Below, in pieces: positions 1-7,946 of a stretch of DNA of 64,000 nucleotides. The DNA is from Gaiellales bacterium (GTDB lineage Bacteria; Actinomycetota; Thermoleophilia; Gaiellales; JAICJC01): the NCBI GenBank assembly GCA_038212095.1, contig JBBQUW010000007.1:49945-113944 (forward strand), in the 5' to 3' direction. Position 1 is the stretch's first letter, and each line of letters begins with the position of its first letter. A program made the translations under genes and the position numbers. The notes beneath the pieces were generated by a model. That model saw only the letters and a program-made list of their open reading frames with translations, had not been told where the DNA came from and made no database searches.

Positions 1-65
1 CTGTTAATATCGCCCATATTTACGGCGATTCCCAGATTCCACCGCCGGATTATTCAACGAGCGAG

Positions 66-983
66 GTGTCACAATCGATGGCGTTGACGTGTTACATGCA
101 CGAGCAATTCGCGCAGCACGACCCGGGCCACGGGCATCCCGAGCGACCGCAGCGCTACGCCGCGGTGGTGGCCGCCGTGTCGGCAACCGGATCGCCCGTC
201 GCCGAGGCGCCGCCGGCAACGCGTGAGGCTCTCGAGCGGGTGCATGCGCCCGCCTACCTCGACCATTTGGAGCGGTTCTGTGCCGCGGGCGGCGGCGCAA
301 TGGACGCCGATACCGTGGTCGGTGAGATCAGCTGGTCGGCCGCCCTGCGGGGGGCCGGCGGCGCGATTGCCGCCGTCGACGAGGTCGCTCAGGGAGCGGC
401 TGGCGCGTTCAGCTTTGGCAGGCCACCAGGTCATCACGCCGAGGCGGCGCGGGCGATGGGCTTCTGCATCGTCAACAGCGCGGCCGTGGCCGCGGCGCAC
501 GCCCGCGAACAGCTGGGGATGGATCGCGTGGCGGTGCTCGACTGGGACGCCCACCACGGCAACGGCACGCAGGCGATCTTCTACGACGATCCCGACGTGC
601 TCTACCTCTCGCTGCACCAGCATCCCTTCTATCCAGGCAGCGGCGCGGAATCCGAGCGCGGGGCCGGAGCGGGCGAGGGAGCTACCGTCAACATGCCGCT
701 GCCCGCCGGCAGCTCGGAGCAGGACTACCTCGACGTGTTCGACGAGCACGCGATCGGCGCTCTGCGGCGCTTCCGTCCGCAGCTGCTGATCGTCTCGGCG
801 GGGTTCGATGCGCACCGCGACGATCCCCTCTGCGACCTGAACCTGACGGCGCGATCGTTCGCGACCATGGCGTCGCGCCTCCAGCAGGAGTGCGGCGGCG
901 TCGCGTACGTCCTGGAGGGCGGATACGACCTGATGGCGCTCGAGATGAGCGTCACCTCGGTACTTGAGGCTGTCAGCGCGTAG
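66..983 (+). CDS. Histone-deacetylase-family Zn hydrolase (AcuC / acetylpolyamine amidohydrolase-like)
   Basis: 305-aa ORF with HDAC-fold signatures GRPPGHHA, VLDWDAHHGNGTQ and LEGGY. Start not resolved between GTG66 and ATG78. Confidence 0.85.
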   Translation: MSQSMALTCYMHEQFAQHDPGHGHPERPQRYAAVVAAVSATGSPVAEAPPATREALERVHAPAYLDHLERFCAAGGGAMDADTVVGEISWSAALRGAGGAIAAVDEVAQGAAGAFSFGRPPGHHAEAARAMGFCIVNSAAVAAAHAREQLGMDRVAVLDWDAHHGNGTQAIFYDDPDVLYLSLHQHPFYPGSGAESERGAGAGEGATVNMPLPAGSSEQDYLDVFDEHAIGALRRFRPQLLIVSAGFDAHRDDPLCDLNLTARSFATMASRLQQECGGVAYVLEGGYDLMALEMSVTSVLEAVSA

Positions 984-1003
984 GCGGCCCCCCGGCGCCC
1001 TCG

Positions 1004-2437
1004 TCAGCTCAGATTGATCACGATCATCCGCGGCTCGGTCATCTCTGCGACCGCGAACTTCGGCCCCTCGCGGGTGTTGCCGGACTCCTTGACGCCGCCG
1101 TAGGGCATCTGGTCGGCGCGGAAGGTCGGCGCCTCGTTGAGGGTCACGCCGCCGAACTCGAGCTCGCGCGCAGCGCGCATCGCTTTGGTGATGTCCTGCG
1201 TGAAGACACCGGCCTGCAGGCCGTACTCGGTGCCGTTCGCCTTCTCGATCGCCTCGTCCAGCCCTGAGACGCGGGCGACCGCGACCACCGGCCCGAACAC
1301 CTCGTGGCAGGCCACCGCCATGTCCAGCGAGACCTCGTCCAGCAGCGCCGGGCGCAGCACCCCGTCATCGCCGACCACGCCTCCGACCAGCAGCTTCGCT
1401 CCGCCGGCAACCGCCTCGTTCACCCAGCCGGCGATCCGGTCGCGGTTCTCGTCGTCGATCACGGGGCCGACCTGCGTCTCGGGATCGAGCGGATCGCCGA
1501 CTTTGAGCGCCTCGACCTTGGGAACCAGCTTCTCGATCAGCGCATCGTGAGCGGCGTCCTCGACGTACACCCGCTGCACCGAGATGCAGCTCTGACCCGC
1601 GAAGGCGTAGCCGTTGGCGGCGATCGCGGTGGCCGCCTTCTCGAGGTCGGCGTCGGCGAGCACGATCACCGGCGTCGAGTTGCCCAGCTCCAGCGAAACC
1701 TTCTTCTTGTGGGCGCGCTGGCGGATGCCCCAACCGACTTGCGACGAGCCGGTGAACGTGATCATCTTGACCCGCTCGTCGTCGGTGATGACATCGCCGA
1801 TCTCGCTCGACTTGCCGACGATCACGTTCAGCCAGCCGGCCGGTTGGCCGGCGTCGGCGAACGCCTGCGCCAGCAGCAGTGCCGAGAGCGGCGTGGCGGT
1901 AGCGGGCTTCAGCACCACGGCACAGCCGGCCGCGAAACCGGGGCCGACCTTGTGGCAGACCAGGTTGAGCGGGAAGTTGAAGGGCGAGATCGCGGCCACG
2001 ATGCCGATCGGTAGCCGCAGGATCAGACCGGCCTTGCCTTCACCGGCCGGATGCGCATCCATCGGCACCGTCTCCCCCGTGAGACGGCGTGCCTCGAGCG
2101 CCGAGAAGGTGATCGTCTGCACCGCTCTGTCGACCTCGACGCCCGCGGTTGTGATCGGCTTGCCGGCCTCCATCGCGATCGTGCGCGCGAACTCGTCGCG
2201 GCGCTCGTGCAGCAGCTCGGCGACGCGGTCGAGGATGGCGGCGCGGCGATGGGCGGGCAGCGGGCTTCTCATCGCGACCTCAGCTGCATCGATCGCGCGG
2301 CGCGCGTCGTCGCCGCCGCCAAAGGCGACTCGCCCCACAACGCTGCCGTCGTACGGCGACGTGACGTCGATCTGCTGGCCGGTCTCGTACCACTCGCCGC
2401 CCACCAGCAGCTTCTGAATGGTCTCTGTCATCGCCAT
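1004..2437 (-). CDS. NAD(P)-dependent aldehyde dehydrogenase
   Basis: ALDH motifs FTGSSQVG, LELGNSTP (catalytic Glu) and FAGQSCISVQR (catalytic Cys). ORF-track start TTG2455 trimmed to ATG2437, which follows a GGAGAGGGAG Shine-Dalgarno and lies 2 nt after the upstream stop. Confidence 0.9.
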   Translation of the reverse strand: MAMTETIQKLLVGGEWYETGQQIDVTSPYDGSVVGRVAFGGGDDARRAIDAAEVAMRSPLPAHRRAAILDRVAELLHERRDEFARTIAMEAGKPITTAGVEVDRAVQTITFSALEARRLTGETVPMDAHPAGEGKAGLILRLPIGIVAAISPFNFPLNLVCHKVGPGFAAGCAVVLKPATATPLSALLLAQAFADAGQPAGWLNVIVGKSSEIGDVITDDERVKMITFTGSSQVGWGIRQRAHKKKVSLELGNSTPVIVLADADLEKAATAIAANGYAFAGQSCISVQRVYVEDAAHDALIEKLVPKVEALKVGDPLDPETQVGPVIDDENRDRIAGWVNEAVAGGAKLLVGGVVGDDGVLRPALLDEVSLDMAVACHEVFGPVVAVARVSGLDEAIEKANGTEYGLQAGVFTQDITKAMRAARELEFGGVTLNEAPTFRADQMPYGGVKESGNTREGPKFAVAEMTEPRMIVINLS

Positions 2438-2438
2438 T

Positions 2439-4091
2439 TCAGACTCCCTCTCCAACCTTCACCAGGTCGGCCAGATTCATCGAAAACTTTGCGTTTTCCC
2501 GGTAATCGATCGGTATTTCCACCACGGATGGGATGTCCAGCTCGAGCGCCCGCTGCAGCGTGGGGGTGACCTCATCTGCCGATCCCACACGCATGCCGGC
2601 GATCCCGAACGACTCCGCCAATCCGACCAGGTCTGGGTTGGTGAACTTGGTGCCGGCAAGGTGGCCGAACTTGCGCTGCTGATGCACCTCGATCACACCG
2701 TAGGCGCTGTCCGACCAGACGATGTTGACGATCGCCAGACCCAGGCGTTTGGCCGTCTCCAGCTCTTGGACGTTCATCAGGAAGCCACCGTCGCCCGAGA
2801 TCGTGACCACGCGGCGATCCTTTGGCAACACCATCCGCGCCGCGACCGCCGCCGGCACTGCGAAGCCCATGGCCGCGGCTCCGTTCGAGATCAGCACGGT
2901 GTTGGGCTCATGCGCCGGCCAGAGACGCGAGATCCACAGCTTGTGGGCGCCGACGTCCGAGATCAGCAGGTCGTTCGGCCGCATCAGCGCGCGCAGGTCG
3001 CGCAGCACGCGCTGGGGTTTGACCGGGAAGCCATCGTCGGAGTGCGACTCGAGCGCGTCGCGGATCATCTGGTTGTAGGCCGGCGTGACCACCCGCGCCG
3101 GAGGCTTGTCCGAGACGAGGTTGCCGAGGTGGGTGAGGATGTGCGAGATATCGCCGGTCAGCTCGACGTCGGGCACATAGTGCGCGTCGATCTCGGCGGC
3201 GACGGTGTCGACGCAGATCACCCGCCGGCCGCGCTTGGGGTTCCAGTTCACCGGCGACCACTCGACCAGGTCGTAGCCGACGCACAGCACCAGGTCGGCT
3301 TGCCCCATGAACCCCTTTGGGTAGTCCTGCGCCCGAAGCCCTGCGGTGAACAGCGTGTGGGGGTCGTCGGCGTCGACCACACCCTTGCCCATGAATGTGG
3401 TGATTACGTTCAGCCCGGTCTGGTGGACGAAGCGGCGCAGCGCGGCGGAGGCGTGCTGTCGCGCGACGCCGTTCCCGGCCAGGATCACGGGCCGCTCGGC
3501 TGCCTGCAGCAGCTCGGCGGCGCGGTGCAGCTCGGCGGCGACCGGCTCCACCAATGCGGGCGGGCGGCGCGGCACCGGATCGCCTTCAAGCGGCGTCTCC
3601 ATCACGTCGGCCGGCAGCTCGAGGTGGGTGGCGCCGGGCTTCTCCTGCTCGGCCAGCGCGAACGCCTTGCGCACCGCTTCGGGGATGATCGAGGGGTCGT
3701 GGACGCGGGCGTTCCACTTGGTCACCGGCTTCATCATCCGCACCACGTCGATGTACTGGTGGCTCTCCTTGTGCATCTCTGACAGGTCGGTCTGTCCGGT
3801 CAGAGCGACCACCGGGGCGCGGTCGAGGAAGGCGTCCGCCATGCCGGTGACAAGGTTGGTGGCGCCGGGACCGAGCGTTCCCAGGCAGACGCCGGCCCGG
3901 CCCGTCAGGCGGCCGTACGCGTCGGCCATGAAGGCGCCGCCCTGCTCGTGGCGCACGGGTACGAACTCGATCGTGCTCGAGCTATCGAGCGCCTCGTTGA
4001 GGTCGAGCGTCTCCTCGCCGGGGATGCCGAACACGTGACGCACGCCCTCGTTCTCGAGGCATCTCACGAACAGTTCTGCTGCGCTTCCCAT
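2439..4091 (-). CDS. Thiamine-diphosphate-dependent enzyme, acetolactate synthase large-subunit-like
   Basis: N-terminal GIPGEE and GTLGPGATNL, and the TPP-binding motif SGDGGFLMNVQELET. Start trimmed to ATG4091 (MGSAAELFVRCLENEGV...). The upstream 30 codons are Arg-rich and unlike the family N-terminus. Confidence 0.9.
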   Translation of the reverse strand: MGSAAELFVRCLENEGVRHVFGIPGEETLDLNEALDSSSTIEFVPVRHEQGGAFMADAYGRLTGRAGVCLGTLGPGATNLVTGMADAFLDRAPVVALTGQTDLSEMHKESHQYIDVVRMMKPVTKWNARVHDPSIIPEAVRKAFALAEQEKPGATHLELPADVMETPLEGDPVPRRPPALVEPVAAELHRAAELLQAAERPVILAGNGVARQHASAALRRFVHQTGLNVITTFMGKGVVDADDPHTLFTAGLRAQDYPKGFMGQADLVLCVGYDLVEWSPVNWNPKRGRRVICVDTVAAEIDAHYVPDVELTGDISHILTHLGNLVSDKPPARVVTPAYNQMIRDALESHSDDGFPVKPQRVLRDLRALMRPNDLLISDVGAHKLWISRLWPAHEPNTVLISNGAAAMGFAVPAAVAARMVLPKDRRVVTISGDGGFLMNVQELETAKRLGLAIVNIVWSDSAYGVIEVHQQRKFGHLAGTKFTNPDLVGLAESFGIAGMRVGSADEVTPTLQRALELDIPSVVEIPIDYRENAKFSMNLADLVKVGEGV

Positions 4092-4262
4092 ACGAGGGGC
4101 AAGTGTATCGGCGACGGCGTTTCGGTGGCGTAGCGGGCTGATCCGACGGTGCAATCCGTAGTTTCTCCGCAGTGGTTGCACGCTTCTCCCGATTCACCCA
4201 CCGGGCGTCTGAACGAGACTGAATATTGACCGACAGATTCACGAACAAACCGGAGGTGCATC

Positions 4263-4715
4263 ATGTTCAACACGATTCTTCTCGCTCTCGACGGCTCTGA
4301 GGCCGCAGAGCGCGCGATTCCGCTGGCCGAGGATCTCGCCCGCCATGACGGCGGACGGATCATCGTCGGGCATGTGCGGGAGCTTCTCGCCGGCAGAGGC
4401 GGCGGACACACCCTGCACGCCAACGAGGACGAGCTTGAGGCAAGCGTCCGCGAACACGCCGCGAAGCTGGCGGCGAGCGGCATCGACACCACGGTCGAGA
4501 TCGCGACCTCGGTGATGGGTGGGCCGGCCCACGCGCTGGCGGACATGGCCGAGCGTGAGCACGCCGACGTGATCGTGGCGGGCACGCGCGGACACGCGCC
4601 TGTCGCCGGTCTCCTGCTGGGCAGCGTGACGCAGCGGTTGCTGCACGTCGCGCCCTGTCCGGTGCTTGTGATGCCGGCCGTTGCCAAGATGGCCGATACG
4701 ACCGTCTCCCGCTAG
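4263..4715 (+). CDS. Universal stress protein (UspA family)
   Basis: 150 aa with ILLALDGSE, DVIVAGTRGH and GSVTQRLLHVAPCPVLV. GGAGG Shine-Dalgarno 6 nt upstream. Confidence 0.9.
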   Translation: MFNTILLALDGSEAAERAIPLAEDLARHDGGRIIVGHVRELLAGRGGGHTLHANEDELEASVREHAAKLAASGIDTTVEIATSVMGGPAHALADMAEREHADVIVAGTRGHAPVAGLLLGSVTQRLLHVAPCPVLVMPAVAKMADTTVSR

Positions 4716-4729
4716 CACACGCGAGAACC

Positions 4730-4765
4730 GACGCCCGACCCCGACCGCTTCCGGGGCCGGGCGTC
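4730..4765. terminator. Bidirectional stem-loop between convergent genes
   Basis: GACGCCCG-A-CCCCG / 8-nt loop / CGGGG-C-CGGGCGTC (13 bp of pairing) lies between the uspA stop (4715) and the convergent stop (4806). No clear U-tract. Confidence 0.5.
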
Positions 4766-4805
4766 GCTATGTCTGCGCGTTAGTCGGTGGCCGGCGAAGG
4801 CGCGG

Positions 4806-5816
4806 CTACCAGAGCGTCCAGCACTTGTCAGCGGACGAGCCGGCCAACGTCCGCATCTCGATGTTCAACTCGCCGTCGAGGATCGCGTCGTAGGGCATGC
4901 GCGCCGATCCGGTGACTGTGAAGATGCCAAGGCCGTCCCTGGTCTGATCCGCCGACGGCGGGTAGTTACCTGGCGGAGGGCCTTGCCAGTACATCATCGG
5001 CATTACGCCGGGCCCGTCGACTGTGGCGCGGTACTTCTCGGCGTACCCGCTTGCGTTGCTGCGGCCATAGCGGTTCGGCCACAGCGCATCGCAGAACCCG
5101 CCGTCGCTGGGCCGGTGCACCAGGAAGCTGTTCTCGCGCCGCCAGCCCGCGCCCCACTTCGGCGGGTTGAAGCCGTCCACGTACACCAGCCGGCCGTAGC
5201 TGTCGGTGGGCGCACCGAACGAGTTGGACGAGAAGCCGTAGGTGCCGACGCCCTTGTAGGTGACGCGGCCGTACAACTCGTCCAGCTTGCCGCTCGTCCA
5301 GCCCCACTTGAGCCAGAACTCCGGCAGCACTCCCTTCCAGTGCGAGACGTGCAGCTCGTAGGCACCTTGGCCGGCGGTCCTGCAGCAGGGCCATCCACCG
5401 TTCGGCATCAGCCGCCGCCAGCGCTGCAACGCCCAGTGCGAGCCGTCTGGCATGGTGCAGGCCGTGACCACCCACGTCAGGCCGCTGCCGGTCCAGGGTG
5501 TGCAGACGTTCTTGACCGTTCGCCAGTAGCCGTTGCCGAAGCTGCCCGAGCCACCCGAGTAGTCGAAGTGAAATGCGACCTGGCTCTGCGGATGCGCGGC
5601 GTCAGGCGGCTTGGCGTTCACGGCTCCCCACCACAGCGTGTGGTGGACGGTGCCGTTGGCCGTGTATGAGACCAGCGCACGGTTGTAGCGGTCGACCTTG
5701 AGAGTGATCTGCTTGGCGTCGCGAACCACCAGTGCGCTCGCCCCGGCGGTAGCGGGAGCGATCAGTCCGGCCGCGACCAGCGAGAGCAGGAGCGGCAGCA
5801 TGACGACGCGACGCAT
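4806..5816 (-). CDS. Secreted hypothetical protein, Trp-rich
   Basis: Signal-peptide-like N-terminus MRRVVMLPLLLSLVAAGLIAPATAGASA. About 18 Trp and 6 Cys in the mature part. No family recognised. Start ATG5816 chosen, with ATG5846 also possible; ORF-track start is 5999. Confidence 0.65.
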   Translation of the reverse strand: MRRVVMLPLLLSLVAAGLIAPATAGASALVVRDAKQITLKVDRYNRALVSYTANGTVHHTLWWGAVNAKPPDAAHPQSQVAFHFDYSGGSGSFGNGYWRTVKNVCTPWTGSGLTWVVTACTMPDGSHWALQRWRRLMPNGGWPCCRTAGQGAYELHVSHWKGVLPEFWLKWGWTSGKLDELYGRVTYKGVGTYGFSSNSFGAPTDSYGRLVYVDGFNPPKWGAGWRRENSFLVHRPSDGGFCDALWPNRYGRSNASGYAEKYRATVDGPGVMPMMYWQGPPPGNYPPSADQTRDGLGIFTVTGSARMPYDAILDGELNIEMRTLAGSSADKCWTLW

Positions 5817-5961
5817 GAGGGGAGTATCGGCGTTGTCGCCGCGCATCGCCACCCCGCGACCGGGGGAGCTTGTGACGCCGGTGTAACGGCGGACGTCTTG
5901 TTCCGTGACGGGGCCGGAAGGCAGGCTGGGCGTGTCACCAACAAGCCTGAGGAGGCTACGC

Positions 5962-6207
5962 ATGTCACATCGGATCGCGGCGGCGATGATCGCCACCACA
6001 CATCGTCACGTCACCCGCGCACGCCGCTCGCTGGGTGCTGAGGATGGCCAGGGCACGGTCGAGTACGCCGGCCTGGCGATGGCGATCGGCGTCCTGCTGC
6101 TGGCCGTCGGCTCGTACCTGGGCGGCAAGGATCACGGGATCGGCTCGGTTGTCACGAGCGCGATCAAGAACGCCGTCGAGCAGGCGGCGGGTGGAGGCGG
6201 GAAGTAG
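5962..6207 (+). CDS. flp: Flp/Fap-family type IVb (Tad) prepilin
   Basis: 81 aa. Basic leader, then G/QGTVEYAGLAMAIGVLLLAV, which matches the Flp G/XXXXEY processing motif followed by a hydrophobic helix. GAGGAGG Shine-Dalgarno 6 nt before ATG5962. Strong terminator follows. Confidence 0.75.
   Translation: MSHRIAAAMIATTHRHVTRARRSLGAEDGQGTVEYAGLAMAIGVLLLAVGSYLGGKDHGIGSVVTSAIKNAVEQAAGGGGK
6064..6189 (+). repeat. 126-bp direct repeat, copy 1 (mature-pilin coding part of flp)
   Basis: Aligns without gaps to 6920..7045 with 7 mismatches counted by eye. Confidence 0.85.
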
Positions 6208-6232
6208 GGCCGGTCAGTGAGCCGGTCTTGAC

Positions 6233-6264
6233 GGGTGGCGGCGGTGGAGACGCCGCCGCCACCC
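6233..6264 (+). terminator. Intrinsic terminator after flp
   Basis: Perfect 12-bp stem GGGTGGCGGCGG / CCGCCGCCACCC with an 8-nt loop, followed by CCGCTTTCT. Confidence 0.7.
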
Positions 6265-6385
6265 CCGCTTTCTGGATGCGATGGGGATACAGTCGCCCTC
6301 ATGACTGATGACGAGCGCGCGGATGCGAAGGTGCTCACTGTCGTCGGGGGCGTCGGGTGGCGACCGCGGTGTAGAGGAGCGATTG

Positions 6386-6853
6386 ATGAAACCGACGATT
6401 GAGCATATGGGGGCCGCGACCGATGAGGTTCGGCAGCTCATCGCCGAGCTGGACATGGCGCTCGCGGGCAACTACCTGCCGGAGCAGCATCATGCGGTGT
6501 CGCTCGAGCAGCTCTTCGGCGGGGACGTGAGGTTCTTCGTCGCACGAGTTGACGGCGTTGCCGTCGGCTGCGGCGGCGTGGCCTTCTACGACGGTTTCGC
6601 CGAAGTCAAGCGGATGTATACGCGGCCGACGGCTCGGCGGATGGGTGTAGCGGCGGGCGTCCTGCGGCGTCTGGAACACGAAGCCAGGACGGCGGGGTAC
6701 TCGATTCTCCGGCTCGAGACCGGCAGGTATCAGGCAGAGGCCATTGCCTTCTATCTGCGCGAGGGCTTTGAGCGATGCGATGCCTTCGGCGACTATGCAA
6801 GCATGACCCCGCGCTCGATCGAGACGAGCGTCTTCTGCCAGAAGACGATCTGA
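6386..6853 (+). CDS. GNAT-family N-acetyltransferase
   Basis: 155 aa with an acetyl-CoA-binding-type segment (RMYTRPTARRMGVAAGVLRRLEHEAR) in a typical GNAT layout. GAGGAG Shine-Dalgarno before ATG6386. Confidence 0.85.
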   Translation: MKPTIEHMGAATDEVRQLIAELDMALAGNYLPEQHHAVSLEQLFGGDVRFFVARVDGVAVGCGGVAFYDGFAEVKRMYTRPTARRMGVAAGVLRRLEHEARTAGYSILRLETGRYQAEAIAFYLREGFERCDAFGDYASMTPRSIETSVFCQKTI

Positions 6854-6919
6854 GAAGCGATCGAGGTCGCCCGCTGGCCGCCGCACTCCGGCCGTGGGTT
6901 CGGTCAACCGCCATACTCG

Positions 6920-7045
6920 TACGCCGGTCTGGCGGTGGCGATCGGCGTCCTCCTGTTGGCCGTCGGCTCGTACCTGGGCGGCAAGGGTCACGGAATCGGC
7001 TCGGTTGTCACGAGCTCGATCAAGAACGCCGTCGAGCAGGCGGCG
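6920..7045 (+). pseudogene. flp remnant (repeat copy 2): mature-pilin segment without leader, start or stop
   Basis: Encodes YAGLAVAIGVLLLAVGSYLGGKGHGIGSVVTSSIKNAVEQAA in frame. The frame opens at a stop at 6851-6853 with no ATG and no G/XXXXEY site (PYSY replaces TVEY). It then runs on into the antisense of the next gene. Homology ends 6 nt before the convergent stop codon at 7051. Confidence 0.6.
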
Positions 7046-7050
7046 TCTGG

Positions 7051-7674
7051 TCAACGCTCGGCGATCACGCAGATGCCGCGCCGCCCGTCGAAGCTGCGTG
7101 TCTCGTGCCTGGCATGGCTAAAGCCGGCCTCGATCAACCGCGCCGCCGTCTCCTCGCCGGTCGAGCGGTTGAACACCCCGGTCTGCTCGAACAGGCGGCC
7201 GGTCATGTCGTCACGGTGGCCCAGGAACACCGCCAGCCGGCCGCCCGGTCGCAGCACGCGGCGCCACTCGCGGAACGCCGCCACCGGCTCGTCCAGGAAG
7301 TAGATGACGTTCACGGCCAGTGCCCTGTCGACCGTCTCGTCCGGCAGTGGCAGACGATCGGCCGAGCCCAGCAGCAGCTCGACGCGACCGTCGCGAATCG
7401 CCGCCGCGTTGCGCCGGCGGGCGCGGGCGAGCATCGTCGGCGAGTGGTCGACGCCGATCACCCGCCCGCCGCTCGCGATCGACGCAGCTGCGTGCACGGC
7501 CTCTCCCGGCCCAAAGCCGATCTCGAGCACGGTGTCGTCCCGACCCACCGCCAGCAACTCCAGCACGAACGCGTTCTCGGCCGCGTTCCAACGTGCGAGC
7601 TTGCGCCCGATCACCCTGCCGTACAGCCCGCTCGGCCGCCGCAGCTGCTCCGCCAGGCGCTGCGGGCCGCGCAT
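7051..7674 (-). CDS. Class I SAM-dependent methyltransferase
   Basis: SAM-binding motif VLEIGFGPGEA and post-I/II motifs LRPGGRLAVF. Start ATG7674 overlaps the upstream dodecin stop (TGATG). Confidence 0.85.
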   Translation of the reverse strand: MRGPQRLAEQLRRPSGLYGRVIGRKLARWNAAENAFVLELLAVGRDDTVLEIGFGPGEAVHAAASIASGGRVIGVDHSPTMLARARRRNAAAIRDGRVELLLGSADRLPLPDETVDRALAVNVIYFLDEPVAAFREWRRVLRPGGRLAVFLGHRDDMTGRLFEQTGVFNRSTGEETAARLIEAGFSHARHETRSFDGRRGICVIAER

Positions 7675-7880
7675 CAGCGTGGCTCGACCGGGAACTGCAT
7701 CTTCGCCAGCACGTCCCACCGGGCGATGTGCCCGTCCTTGACCTCGCAGCTGATCGAGATCACCTCGATCCGGGTGATGCCGCGAACCGATCGCGATGCC
7801 GCGGACAGCGCTTCGCGCACCGCATCGTCCGAGCTCTCTGCCGAGCTGCCGATCACTTCGATCACCTTCGTCACGCCCAC
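7674..7880 (-). CDS. Dodecin-family flavin-binding protein
   Basis: 68 aa, VGVTKVIEVIGSSAESSDDAVREALSAASRSVRGITRIEVISISCEVKDGHIARWDVLAKMQF. This matches the dodecin pattern (Y/KVIEhVGtS ... dG ... F). GTG7880 start with GGAGGA 8 nt upstream. The rest of the 219-aa track ORF is not protein-like. Confidence 0.75.
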   Translation of the reverse strand: MGVTKVIEVIGSSAESSDDAVREALSAASRSVRGITRIEVISISCEVKDGHIARWDVLAKMQFPVEPR

Positions 7881-7946
7881 GATGTCGTCCTCCGCCCGTC
7901 GCTTCCCTGATACCGTTGCCCTCGATCTCGCGGGGGGAGGATAGCG

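Noticed and set aside
4-300. 98-aa minus-strand ORF at the left edge.
   Set aside because: It is Arg/Pro/Ala-rich, overlaps the promoter region and the 5-prime end of the well-supported HDAC-family gene, and has no motif.
6935-7303. 122-aa ORF starting inside the second pilin repeat.
   Set aside because: It lacks the Flp leader and processing motif. After the repeat ends (7045) it runs antisense through the methyltransferase gene with non-protein-like sequence. It is treated as a pseudogene remnant.
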